From assembly GCA_950097015.1 (NCBI GenBank), contig CATNEN010000024.1:5208001-5272000 (forward strand): a stretch of DNA of 64,000 nt, given 5' to 3'. This document shows positions 48,371 through 59,654 of the stretch, piece by piece. Within the stretch, counting starts at the first letter, position 1, and each line of letters begins with the position of its first letter. The position numbers and the translations under genes are program-made. Source of the stretch: Macrostomum hystrix. Lineage: Eukaryota; Animalia; Platyhelminthes. The notes beneath the pieces were generated by a model. The model worked only from the letters and a program-made list of their open reading frames with translations. It was not told where the DNA came from and did no database searches.

Positions 48371-51066
48371 ATTGATCGAGCTATTCGTGAAGCGTGCGTC
48401 AAAAGATAAACGAAAGTACACTATTTAGGCGTGTCCCGAGGCCAAAATTTAGCAGACGACAAAAGTCTGCCTCCTGTACTGAAGAATCTGCCAGAGAAGT
48501 ATTTAACAGACAAAAATGTAAGAATACTTCGCGTAAACGCAAGTTTGTGAACAAAGTGAACAATGATTTCTTCGCTAACATTGCTACTAGTGGTTCCAAT
48601 ACGAAGCCCACAGTACAAAGATCAAGCGACTTTGAGAATGATCCAGTACTCTTCACTCTAAAAAGCTATCCGAACTTTCCTATATTGGCCTCTCATAAGA
48701 AGAGTCTCGATGGTCGTAATTGGCTGGATTATTCCGTACGAAGTTTATTTATCATTTGTTGCTAAATACTGAGTTAAATGTTTAGCATCGACCTATATGC
48801 ACAGATCTACTGAGTGTTCTTTAATTTACAGATTCTTCTCGCGTTCATAAACTGCCTGGTATCTCGATCTGAAGGCTGTTGTCTTCTCACACAAGACGAA
48901 TTTTATACTTTGCTTGATTCCACACAAGAGGCAGATGAGGGCAATGTCCAAACGATACTCAATGATCGGTTCAATAACAAGGTGCGCTTTGTACAGTTTT
49001 GTTCTCAAGTGAACAGTTTTGAATCAATACTGAGCACAACAATGTATATATATTGTACGCTCTCAGAGGGTGTAGCCTTGTGGTTAGAGCGTCGGACTCA
49101 CAACGTGAAGGTTGGGGGTTCGATTCCCGACTCCACTGGAACAGTTAGTGTCCTTTAGCAAGACACTTAGCAAGACTCTGACTTTGCCTTAGTTCACCCA
49201 GTTGCATGGTTACCAGCATTAGCTGGGATAATTGAGGGTGGGTGTGCATGGCGTCCCACAGTCCATGGACTGAACAGCCAAACGCAATCTTCACAACAGC
49301 TGCGGCTGTGCTGTCAGCTGCACACCTGGCCCAATTGGGGCTTTCAACCCAACTGCACTTTAATTCATCTCCTTCAATTACATTTCAGTTCATCAGAAAA
49401 ATTTTTATTCCAATTTACACCGGCTCACACTTCTATCTAATCTACATATCCGTCGAACAGAAAAAAGTGTGTATCATAGATTCTTCAAGGTCGAATGATA
49501 ATTCCAAAGGACTGATGCGTATTGTGGATCGCTGGAAGTAAGTCTACACCATATTTTTGTAAAAAAAATAAATGCAATAATAAATATCCCATGAACTCCT
49601 GGGGACGGCAGTCTCAATGCGAGCGCCGGAAATCCTGGGTTTCTGATCCCAAGTTGGAAGGGAATCAGGCCTTAATCACCCACCCAAGTGATGGTTGGTA
49701 GCTGGTTTTGCGGGAAATTGTGCTGCCCGTTCTAAAGTAAGACAGCAAATACCTTGGGTCGGGCTCGGCTGGGCGCAACGTCGACCAACGTTCTTCAGGA
49801 GCGAAGCGTGCCGTGACGACTGGTGATGAGGAGTTAATATATCAGGGATTGGGGATTCGACATGTACGAAATAATGCTAATTTGTCGTATGAGTAGAGTA
49901 GCAGGGACGAACAGGGGGATAGAGGTCCACTGTCTGCCGAGCTGTCGCCAGGTATGAGTCAGGTGTGACCCAATGGTGTCTTTTTGGGGTGAAAAACTAT
50001 GGGTTTTATAGTGGAGAAAACAAGCATGACGCAAGTGAACCGTGATGGAAAGTCCCCGTTTATCCAACCTTTACGCTTTACGCTGCGCAGTGTACGATCG
50101 AGCCCAGCCGCGTTTTTGATTATCCCCGCGTTGTACAGTAAGCTTGGGGGAAGTGAGGTGGATAGTATTACACACATTAGTTGCGTTTGGGAAATGTTCG
50201 CGAAAATTAAAAAGAAATCTGAAGGTTATTTGAGTTTTCGTCACGCTAGATCGAATCAGAACAATGGGAAGCGGAAGTGGAGTGGACGTTTTGAGGGTCT
50301 GCGGTATTAAAGCGATGAGTCACGTGTTTCTAGCTGCCCTTACATTAATCTATATGGAGAAAAATGGCTGGTAATGGGAAAAAGAGTGACTTTACATTAA
50401 TAACCCAATTGGGATCAAGTTTGGACACATCATTATATCCTTATTGACATCCATCATTTATATGCATCAGCCGATTGTTGCATTTTAAACAATTCTCTAA
50501 TTTCCTAATGCTACAGCCTTTTTACAAGCGCATGTGACGATGGCAGAAGAGAAACGTCAAACATATTTTGCGACGGCGAGACATATGAATCAAATTCAAT
50601 TGTGCATACTCGACAGAAGGACGGCTACAGCTGCGGTGTCTTTGTATGTCTCTTTGTTCGAATGCTTGTCTTTGACCAGTCTCTGCAGTTTTCTGCTGAT
50701 TATAACTTTCTGGCCAACTCAAGAACATATATTTGGCAGACGATTCACAACGATGCGGATCTCGTCGAGCAAAATTTCTGTAGGACATGCGAATCTAATG
50801 AGACAGGAAAAAGCTCTCGTCGCTTAATCAACTGGGTATGCGAAAACATGTAGCAAATACAAGACTACACGTCTGCATTTTAATAAGATGGACATTGCTT
50901 GAGGAAATGGATGCCAAGAAAATTGAATGTCACACGAGCTGCTTGATTCACATTTCAGATCGAGTGCCCGTCCTGTCTATTTTGGCACCACGAGGACTGT
51001 GTCTCCACAAATGACATGGATAAAGGCTTTGTTTGTGTGTTCTGTGACAATATGTTTGGCTCATAA
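48371..51066 (+). CDS. Ulp1/SENP-type C48 cysteine peptidase fused to a C-terminal PHD finger (transposon cargo); exons ~48371-48735, 48832-48981, 49389-49537, 50517-50835, 50959-51066
   Basis: RNWLDYS|ILLAFINCL, IFIPIYTGSHFYLIYI..IIDS, RQKDGYSCGVFVC, then CRTC..W|IECPSCLFWHHEDC..FVCVFC; phases are consistent from 48735 onward. The 5' end is unresolved (possible 1-bp frameshift near 48400 and a possible upstream exon ending at 48094). Confidence 0.82.
49068..49340 (+). mobile_element. SINE family A inside an intron of the Ulp1-PHD gene
   Basis: TGTGGTTAGAGCG A box, GGTTCGATTCC B box, CAGTCCATGGACTG hairpin. Confidence 0.78.
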
Positions 51067-51639
51067 GCTTAACAGACTTTATGCTTGAGAAAACTTTTTA
51101 TCGCTTAAAACTCTGTAATGAAAATCCGATTATGTCTTGCGTATGCAATAATAATTTTGAAGCTTTGATGCATGTAGTACATTACTAGAAGCAGATCCTT
51201 AAAAATTAACTTACTATATCGAGATAACCTCTAAAAACAAGAGCAAACGACAACAACAATCCACCAGGTAGCGAGGAAAGTAAACATCATATAATAATGT
51301 CGCATTAGGGTCAATTATGTCAAGTAAGTCAATTTAAGTCACATTTAAGGCACATTTAAGTATATTGTTGAAATTCGGTTTAATTTCAGATCAGTTTCCG
51401 AGTCGTCTATAATTGTAGATTGACCGCAATTACTTATCCGTAAAAGGATTGAGCGCAATGTTTTAGGCCTATTGTTTGCAGGGCCGTTCGTTATGCTGCT
51501 TTTCATTTTTGCATATGTTATACGTATGTGCGATGTAATCACAAATCGCATTTATACGTAGCAAGCTCTAAATAAAAATTCAAATGTCGGGTACTTCACC
51601 CTTTGCATTCTTGTATCATTCTTCATACCACTAAAAAAT

Positions 51640-53115
51640 TTTTCTTGCTTGCTGTTCGACGACTGTAAAGTTTGGTTGAAATTGCGGAGATAGGCGAGCA
51701 CAGTTCAGACGTGAATAACTTTTGAACTGTACTATGAACCGACTCCAAATTTTATATGCACTGAAAACTCGCTTGCTGTTCGACGACTGTAAAGTTTGGT
51801 TGAAATTGGTGCAGCGAAAGTGGCTCTACTCTGAATATAAATATGGCATCTAAGATTGCATATAAATGCATTGCGGAGATAGGCGAGCACAGTTCAGACG
51901 TGAATAACTTTTGAACTGTACTACGAACCGACTCCAAATTTGATATGCACTGAAAACTCGCTTGCTGTTCGACGACTGTAAAGTTTGGTTGAAATTGGTG
52001 CAGCGAAAGTGGCTCTACTCTGAATATAAATATGGCATCTAAGATTGCATATAAATGCATTGCGGAGATAGGCGAGCACAGTTCAGACGTGAATAACTTT
52101 TGAAATGTACTACGAAACGACTCCAAATTTGATATGCACTGAAAACTCGCTTGCTGTTCGACGACTGTAAAGTTTGGTTGAAATTGGTGCAGCGAAAGTG
52201 GCTCTACTCTGAATATAAATATGGCATCTAAGATTGCATATAAATGCATTGCGGAGATAGGCGAGCACAGTTCAGACGTGAGTAACTTTTGAACTGTACT
52301 ACGAAACGACTCCAAATTTGATATGCACTGAAAACTCGCTTGCTGTTCGACGACTGTAAAGTTTGGTTGAAATTGGTGCAGCGAAAGTGGCTCTACTCTG
52401 AATATAAATATGGCATCTAAGATTGCATATAAATGCATTGCGGAGATAGGCGAGCACAGTTCAGACGTGAATAACTTTTGAAATGTACTACGAAACGACT
52501 CCAAATTTGATATGCACTGAAAACTCGCTTGCTGTTCGACGACTGTAAAGTTTGGTTGAAATTGGTGCAGCGAAAGTGGCTCTACTCTGAATATAAATAT
52601 GGCATCTAAGATTGCATATAAATGCATTGCGGAGATAGGCGAGCACAGTTCAGACGTAAATAACTTTTGAACTGTACTACGAACCGACTCCAAATTTGAT
52701 ATGCACTGAAAACTCGCTTGCTGTTCGACGACTGTAAAGTTTGGTTGAAATTGGTGCAGCGAAAGTGGCTCTACTCTGAATATAAATATGGCATCTAAGA
52801 TTGCATATAAATGCATTGCGGAGATAGGCGAGCACAGTTCAGACGTGAATAACTTTTGAACTGTACTACGAAACGACTCCAAATTTGATATGCACTGAAA
52901 ACTCGCTTGCTGTTCGACGACTGTAAAGTTTGGTTGAAATTGGTGCAGCGAAAGTGGCTCTACTCTGAATATAAATATGGCATCTAAGATTGCATATAAA
53001 TGCATTGCGGAGATAGGCGAGCACAGTTCAGACGTAAATAACTTTTGAACTGTACTACGAACCGACTCCAAATTTGATATGCACTGAAAACTCGCTTGCT
53101 GTTCGACGACTGTAA
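51640..53115 (-). repeat. 189-bp tandem array, right arm (inverted, about 7 units)
   Basis: Reverse complement of the left array. Confidence 0.95.
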
Positions 53116-54230
53116 ATTTTCATGTGATTTGGTAGGACAGAGCCAGAGTGTTTGTTATATTTCGAATATAAATCTGAATATGTATCGGGGAACCATTACA
53201 TCTTTGAAACGGTTTCACGGTATACCAAGCAACGTTTCTTGTCTCTAATCTCAATTGACAGTTGGTCGATTGTCAAAGCGCTGTGCTCCTCCCCTCCTCT
53301 AAGTCAAAATGTAACCCATTTAGATAGAAAAGTGTCCTGAGTAACTTCTTCGGAGTATCATTGCCCAGCACATTGGTCCATAGCTTCTCTTCGTCGGTGT
53401 CAGTGATCACACGCGCACTCTTACTCGCCAGACCTCTTCCCTCCCTAGCACCAATTTTCATAGCAGCGTCAAGACTCTCCCTGACAAGACGAAACTGCTC
53501 ACCTCGGAAAAAGTCGACGTGCCGAACGGAACAGATCGTTTGTAGCACTAGCGTTCCCGGCGGGTATTTAGAGCCATCTAGACGCACAGCTCCATGGATG
53601 AACTGTGGAACCAACTGGTTGATGGAGACGTCGTCCAACTCATCAACAGACACGGTGCATGGAATCCTAGCAGTGTGAAGCCAACGAGTGAAAACACCGA
53701 CGGCCCACTTGTTACGCTTGATGGTGTTTACAGCCTTTGCACTCTCATTAAGAGCTTTCACTGCATCTAGGGCCTCGCATTCACGAACAGCTCTCACTGC
53801 TTGAACAGAGTATGGATCACGAAAATCTAAACCTTCAATCAGAATCTCTCACAAGTCGCGCTCGGTGATACAATTTGGGTCATAATCGCCGCAGAAATCT
53901 TCCGCAAGGTGCACTAAAGGATTTATTGAGACTCGCTCTTCCATTTGTTCTTCCTCAATGGACGTAATGTTTCTTTCGCTTCTTCGCTCAAGTTTCTATT
54001 TTATAACATACATGTACTTTTACCATAGACATCGCTAGACGTGGCTCCGGGATTTATATGCATACATTGCGCAAAATTAAAGTAGTTTAAATATGTTATT
54101 CTATGGGTTTTTCGGTCGGTATTTCACTCAAATCCCGAGAGCCGAAGGCTAAACACATACCGACCTCAAACCCATAGAATATCGTATACATAATGCATTA
54201 ATCAAACATCAATACATTGTTCAAGTGATC

Positions 54231-54321
54231 GGAATATTCTAGAAGCTTTAATAAAACTCAACGTGCTACTGTCTACTGACAGTAGAAATGCAATAATCAT
54301 CTATATAAATCCGCTATAAAA
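54231..54321 (+). promoter_or_regulatory. Heat-shock element plus TATA box of the sHSP gene
   Basis: GAA-TA-TTC-TA-GAA-GC-TTT at 54232-54249 (alternating nGAAn); TATATAAA at about 54302 and TATAAAA at about 54315. Confidence 0.75.
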
Positions 54322-55039
54322 GCGGAATAGTCTGCTCCGCGTGGAGGCAGCATTTGAGCAGCCAAGCATACTCAAGCCTAAGCAAAGCAAATCCAAAGCA
54401 GAGCAACCAATCGCTAAGCGAACTTTCAGCAATCATGTCGCTGCGGATCGCACCGAGCAACGTGTACACTCCGTTCTCGCACTCGCTACCGCTCGTGGCA
54501 GCCATGAGCGAGCTGGACGATTGGCTGACACCGGAGTACGATCCGCTGGTGCAGCTGCTGCGGCACAGGGGGCCTCGGCGACTGCGCCAGTGGAGCCGGA
54601 CTGTGGACCTTCGCGGCTTCTCGCCGAAGGACGTGTCGGTGAAGCGGGAGGAGCGGAAGGTGCGAGTGGTGGCGCGGCTGGAGAACGGCGAGGACGTGAC
54701 GGAGGTGAAGCGGACGGTGGAGCTGCCCGAGGATGTGGACGCAGAGAAGCTGAACAGCGGCTTCACCCGGGACGGCATGCTGGTGCTGCAGGCACCGTTC
54801 AAGGAGCAGCCGCAGAAGCAGCAGCAGCAGGTGCAGCAGCAGCAGCAGCAGCAGCAGGGCGGCTCAGTTTGGGACGAGCTTCGCAGCCTGCTGCGGGGCG
54901 GCTTGGAGTCTGAGGGGTCCGACCAGGTGGTGGAGGCGGCAGCAAGCGGTTCAAGGCCGAGCTGTCGGTGCGCGAGTTCCAGCCGAGCGAGATTCGCGTG
55001 CGACAGCAGGGTGACTGCGTGCTGGTGGAGGCGGAGCAC

Positions 55040-58000
55040 TGTAGTGTGCGTACGCACGTGAGCCAGGCCCAGGTGTACACCTGGGTCGTTTGATTGGTTG
55101 CGGAGCGGGGTGGGTGTCGCCACCCCAGTTCTAGCAAATAATATATGGACGCGCGCTCAGCGTGGCAGTAAAGATTGAGAGTTTTGTCTGCTCACTAAAA
55201 ATAGCCTCGGCCTTAGTTATTACAATGGCATCGCAAGCACCGAACCCCTAGTGCACCATGACTGAGCAAATTTCTCTCGCGCCTCCCGGCCAGTTTGTTA
55301 TCGATAGCGATTGCCACTCAACTGCACAGCGCTGGACTGCATGGGCTCGCCGGTTCGCCACATACATTAACGCAGCTGGGATCCATGACGCAAAGCGAGG
55401 GCAGCACCTGCTGTTGTACGCCGCGGGAGAGGAGCTGCAGACCATCGTCGAAGAGAATGAAATTGACGCTGGGGAAGACTACAGCAGCCTCGCAAAGAAT
55501 ATCCAGGAATTCTGGGACGGCAAGAACAGCATCGTGTTCCTCCGCTTCAAGTTCGAGACCTGCAGACAACAGCAAGGCGAGACAATCGACCAGTGGTACC
55601 AGCGCCTGCGCAAGGCGGCGGAGCCGTGCGAGTTTGGAGCGATCAAGGACTCGCTGATCCGAGACAAAATCGTCGCCTACTGTGACTCCGAGAGGCTGAG
55701 GAGAGACTTCCTACAGAGCAAAGACATCACCCTGACAGATGTGCTGAGGAAGGCGAGAGCCAAAGAAGCGGCGGAGCAGCAGGCCAGCGCGATGGAGAAC
55801 GGCAGGCCAGGTGAGCCGCAGCAGCAACTCGCAGCCATCCGGAGAGCCGAGCAGCCACCAGGGCCGCAGGTGCGCTGCAATCGGTGCGGCAGGCCAGGGC
55901 ACTCCACGTGCGCCGCGGCGCAAGGCAAGAGCTGCAGAAAGTGCGGAAAGCCAGGCCACTTCGCCCGAGCTTGCAGGTCCAGGCAGGAGGCGCCCCAAAG
56001 CAATTCGAATGCTGTCGCGATGCTGCAAGGTGAGACCAGCTACGAGAAGGTGGACGACCCGGACACTGGCATATTCAAGGTCGACCAGGAGCAGCAATCC
56101 GCCCACACAGTAGCTGAGATCAACGGCACCAGACTGTCAGTGCTGATCGACAGCGGGGCGGCTCGCAATGTGATCAACCGCGCAACGTTTGAGAGCCTTA
56201 AACAGCGGCCGCGTCTGCAAGCAGCCTCTGACAGGTTGTTCGCGTACGGCTCGGACCGGCCGATGCAACTCATCGGCAAGGCGGCGATGTCCGTCCGCTT
56301 ATTCGGCCGACGGGCGGTCGCCACATTTCACGTTGTCGACGGCAGAGGCATCACCATCATCGGCAGGCAGACGGCCACTCAAATGGAAATCCTGCGGATC
56401 GGACCACCACCGACGGTCGATCATCAGGTGCTGCAGGTCGCGGAAGCGGAGGCGGCTGTCGACAGCCTCCTCGGCAACACGAGATCCAGTGGAATGCCGC
56501 AAGATGCCCTTGAGAGCATCGGCAGGATACTGCGCAAGTACTCCAGCGTGCTCAGCGGCATCGGCTGCTTCACCGGGCCGCCAGTCAGCATCCACCTGAC
56601 CGACAACGCCCGACCGGTTTGTCACGCACCGTCTAAGGTACCGATTCACCTGGCCGAGGCAGTGGACAAGGAGCTGCAGCTACTGGAGCAGCTCGGAATC
56701 ATCGAGCCCGTCGACGGACCAGTTCCGTGGGTCGCGCGGATGGTCGTTGTGCCCAAGAAGGAGCCAGGCGAAGTGCGGATCACACAGGACCTCCGCGATG
56801 TCAATCGCTATGTCATCCGCGAGCGTCACCAGATTCCGACTTTTGAAGAGGTGACGGGAGACATGGCCGGCAGCACCGTCTTCTCGGAACTGGACATCGC
56901 GAAGGCGTTCTACCAGGTGCCTGTAGCAGAAGAATGCCGCAATCTGCTGACATTCTCGACACCCCGTGGACTTCGGCGTCTCACTCGGCTGTGCATGGGC
57001 CTGTCCACCTCACAGGAGATCCTACAGAGCGTGATGTGCAGAGTGCTGGCAGGCCTGCCCAACGTAAAATGGATCCACGACGACGTGGTCGTGTTCGGCC
57101 GCACGATGGCGGAGCACAACAGCAGCCTCGAGGCCTGCCTGGCCCGCCTGGCGCAACACGGCATCACGCTAAATGCTCGAAAATGCAGGTTGGCACGCAG
57201 CAGCATTGAGTTTATGGGAATGCGACTGACGGCCGAAGGAGTCCAAGCCACAGAAAGCAAGGTCGCCGCCGTTCAAGAATTCAAGGAGCCAGAGACGATA
57301 AGCCAACTTCGATCGTTCTTGGGCCTCGTGAATTATCTCGCAGTATTCACGCCACAGCTGGCCAAGGTGGCGGAGCCGCTGCGACGCCTGACCCGGAAGA
57401 ACACCGACTGGCAGTGGGGCGCCGACCAGGCCAGCGCCTTTGCGCAGCTAAAGCGCAGCATTGCGGAGCCGACAACGCTGGCATTCTACGACAAGCGGCT
57501 ACGGACACAGCTGATTGTGGACGCGGGACCAACCGGACTCGGCGCAATCCTGGCGCAAGTACAGCACGACGGCAGTTCGCGGCCAGTCGCATACGCGAGC
57601 CGGACCCTCTCCGACGTAGAGCGGCGATATTCGCAGACCGAAAAAGAGGCGCTCGCCGTGAAGTTCGGCTGCCTGAAGTTTGAGTACTACTTGTATGGAT
57701 CGCCCGAATTCACGGTGATCTCCGACCACAAGCCGCTGACAGCCATGTATGCGCCAGGGTCACGGCCGCCTCCACGAGTCGAGCGTATGGCGCTGCGTAT
57801 CCAGCACCTGGTATTCAAGGTCGAATACCAGCCAGGAGCATCCAATGCTGCAGACATACTCAGCAGGCAGCCTCTAAGCGCTGAAGGACGTAGGACCAGC
57901 GAGCAGCTGAGAGAGGCCTACATAAACGAGGTAGCGCAGGCGGCTGTCCCGAAGGCGCTCACGCTCGAAGACATCCGCAAGAGCTCAGCCAGCGACCCAG

Positions 58001-59654
58001 TTATCCGGGCAGCGATAGCAGCGATGCAAGGCGGCCAATGGGACCGCTCTAGCGCTGAGATGCGGTCACTCCACGCGCTGCGAGAGGAGCTGTCGGAGGT
58101 AGACGGAGTTCTTCTTCGGCATCAGCGGATTGTCGTGCCAGCAGCTCTACGGCAGCAGATGCTCGAGCTGGCGCACCAAGGACACCAGTGCTCGCAGAAG
58201 ACGACCGCAAGGCTCAGCAGCAAGGTCTGGTGGCCGAGAATGGCAACACAAGCGGAGGAGTTCGTCAGTCGGTGCCGCAGCTGTGCCATCACGTCTCACA
58301 CGCCAGCCGTCCGGGCTACGCCTCTACAGCCGACGCCTATCCCTAAGGGCGCCTGGTTGTCGATTGGGGCTGACTTTGTAGGCCCGATCAACAACAACAT
58401 GCTGCTGGTGTGCGTGGACAGATACTCGAGATTCCCAGAGGTGCAGCTCATGCAGACAACGACGGCCGAGGCACTGGTCCCGCGCCTGCGAGAAATGTTC
58501 GCGCGATTTGGCATCCCGCAGGAGCTCGTAACTGACAACGGGCCGCCATTTTCATCCAAGGAGTTTGGCCGTTTCCTAGAAAGCTACGGCATCAAGCACC
58601 GCCTCATCACGCCTTACTACCCAGCCGCCAACGGCATGACAGAGCGGCTGAACCGCTCAATCAACAAGGTCGTGCGGGCGGCAATCGAGGAGCGGCGCGA
58701 CTGGAGGGCTGCTCTGGACGAGTGGCTGCTGGCCTACAGGAACACGCCGCACACAGCCACGGGCCGCGCGCCAGCCGAGCTGCTGATGGGCCGGCGACCA
58801 AATGATGTCATCCCCGCCGCCCGGCCATCCCAGCGCGTCCGCATCAACGAGCAGCGGCTGCGAGAGATGGATGCGAGCGCCAAGGCCGCGATGAAGCAGC
58901 GAGCGGACGCCAGGAGGCGGCCACGGCGGCACGAAATCCAGGTCGGCGATTCGGTGCTGCGACGGCGAGTCGGTGCCAGCAAGACGCAAACGCCATTCGA
59001 GAGCGGCGCCTGGACAGTCCAGCGGGTGGCCGGCAACTCGCTGATGCTGCGTCGTGACGGCGCGGCCTGCTGGCGGCATTGCACGGCGGTCAAGGTCGTC
59101 ACCCCAGAATCAGACGACGCTGGTGCCAGGCCGCAGGCTGCCGCGCCAGAAACTCCAGGCGAGGCGGCGCGGAACCCGGCCGAATCCCCGGTGGCGCTGC
59201 GCCCGCACCCCCGCGCTGCACGGGGTGGCGTGAAGATCTACAAGGACTAAACCAAGGACTGAAAACGAACTGACTTTTCTACTGAGATTAACAATCACAA
59301 GCACGCTTTTCTTTGCAAGTCCGATGCGACTATCAATGCGAGTGTTTTATTTCCTCCAATAGCTGCATATTTTTTTTTCGGTCGAGTTCTTTTTCGTTCT
59401 TTTCGACATCTTGCTTCTCGAATTCGTTCTTTTTTGTCTCCCCACAGTTTCTGTTCGAAGGGGGAGAGATGTAGTGTGCGTACGCACGTGAGCCAGGCCC
59501 AGGTGTACACCTGGGTCGTTTGATTGGTTGCGGAGCGGGGTGGGTGTCGCCACCCCAGTTCTAGCAAATAATATATGGACGCGCGCTCAGCGTGGCAGTA
59601 AAGATTGAGAGTTTTGTCTGCTCACTAAAAATAGCCTCGGCCTTAGTTATTACA
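55040..59654 (+). mobile_element. Full-length Ty3/gypsy LTR retrotransposon (4615 bp)
   Basis: Identical 185-bp TG...CA LTRs (55040-55224, 59470-59654), 5-bp TSD AGCAC, TGG-starting PBS-like site at about 55226, polypurine tract at 59457-59469. Confidence 0.98.
55258..59250 (+). CDS. Gag-Pol polyprotein (1330 aa)
   Basis: CCHC knuckles, protease LIDSGA, RT (WIHDDVVV), RNase H (DAGPTGLGA, YSQTEKE), integrase HHCC and VTDNGP; order PR-RT-RH-IN. Confidence 0.97.
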   Translation: MTEQISLAPPGQFVIDSDCHSTAQRWTAWARRFATYINAAGIHDAKRGQHLLLYAAGEELQTIVEENEIDAGEDYSSLAKNIQEFWDGKNSIVFLRFKFETCRQQQGETIDQWYQRLRKAAEPCEFGAIKDSLIRDKIVAYCDSERLRRDFLQSKDITLTDVLRKARAKEAAEQQASAMENGRPGEPQQQLAAIRRAEQPPGPQVRCNRCGRPGHSTCAAAQGKSCRKCGKPGHFARACRSRQEAPQSNSNAVAMLQGETSYEKVDDPDTGIFKVDQEQQSAHTVAEINGTRLSVLIDSGAARNVINRATFESLKQRPRLQAASDRLFAYGSDRPMQLIGKAAMSVRLFGRRAVATFHVVDGRGITIIGRQTATQMEILRIGPPPTVDHQVLQVAEAEAAVDSLLGNTRSSGMPQDALESIGRILRKYSSVLSGIGCFTGPPVSIHLTDNARPVCHAPSKVPIHLAEAVDKELQLLEQLGIIEPVDGPVPWVARMVVVPKKEPGEVRITQDLRDVNRYVIRERHQIPTFEEVTGDMAGSTVFSELDIAKAFYQVPVAEECRNLLTFSTPRGLRRLTRLCMGLSTSQEILQSVMCRVLAGLPNVKWIHDDVVVFGRTMAEHNSSLEACLARLAQHGITLNARKCRLARSSIEFMGMRLTAEGVQATESKVAAVQEFKEPETISQLRSFLGLVNYLAVFTPQLAKVAEPLRRLTRKNTDWQWGADQASAFAQLKRSIAEPTTLAFYDKRLRTQLIVDAGPTGLGAILAQVQHDGSSRPVAYASRTLSDVERRYSQTEKEALAVKFGCLKFEYYLYGSPEFTVISDHKPLTAMYAPGSRPPPRVERMALRIQHLVFKVEYQPGASNAADILSRQPLSAEGRRTSEQLREAYINEVAQAAVPKALTLEDIRKSSASDPVIRAAIAAMQGGQWDRSSAEMRSLHALREELSEVDGVLLRHQRIVVPAALRQQMLELAHQGHQCSQKTTARLSSKVWWPRMATQAEEFVSRCRSCAITSHTPAVRATPLQPTPIPKGAWLSIGADFVGPINNNMLLVCVDRYSRFPEVQLMQTTTAEALVPRLREMFARFGIPQELVTDNGPPFSSKEFGRFLESYGIKHRLITPYYPAANGMTERLNRSINKVVRAAIEERRDWRAALDEWLLAYRNTPHTATGRAPAELLMGRRPNDVIPAARPSQRVRINEQRLREMDASAKAAMKQRADARRRPRRHEIQVGDSVLRRRVGASKTQTPFESGAWTVQRVAGNSLMLRRDGAACWRHCTAVKVVTPESDDAGARPQAAAPETPGEAARNPAESPVALRPHPRAARGGVKIYKD

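Larger units (their letters stand above)
46065..53201. mobile_element. Mutator/Foldback-like element (7137 bp) with long modular TIRs
   Basis: 9-bp TSD CTTTGAAAC (46056-46064, 53202-53210); termini ATGTAATGGTTCCCCGATAC / GTATCGGGGAACCATTACAT; arms 46065-~47455 and ~51640-53201 are inverted. Confidence 0.9.
45300..54200 (-). mobile_element. Crypton-type (tyrosine recombinase) DNA transposon, disrupted; boundaries approximate
   Basis: N-half (53800-53202): NTIKRNKWAVGVFTRW, DGSKYPPGTL, LLRTLFYLNGLHF/LRGGEEH (frameshifted). C-half (46064-45538): WFANRPIGKNKL, TNHSLCAT, MERTGHPS, ALRCYKR. An inverted repeat TATTCTATGGG/CCCATAGAATA at about 54098-54180 may mark one terminus. Confidence 0.8.

Noticed and set aside
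46195-53071. 429/439-aa 63-residue-repeat ORFs in the TIR arms
   Set aside because: The unit length is a multiple of 3 and one frame lacks stops by chance; non-ATG starts and no recognisable domain. Not called as CDS, though ribosome profiling could overturn this.
54272-54286. TCTACTG-A-CAGTAGA palindrome resembling fused MITE ends (excision footprint) in the sHSP promoter
   Set aside because: Only 15 bp; could be chance.
55295-59553. Many short overlapping or antisense ORFs in the gypsy element and other GC-rich exons
   Set aside because: Shadow ORFs of GC-rich coding sequence.
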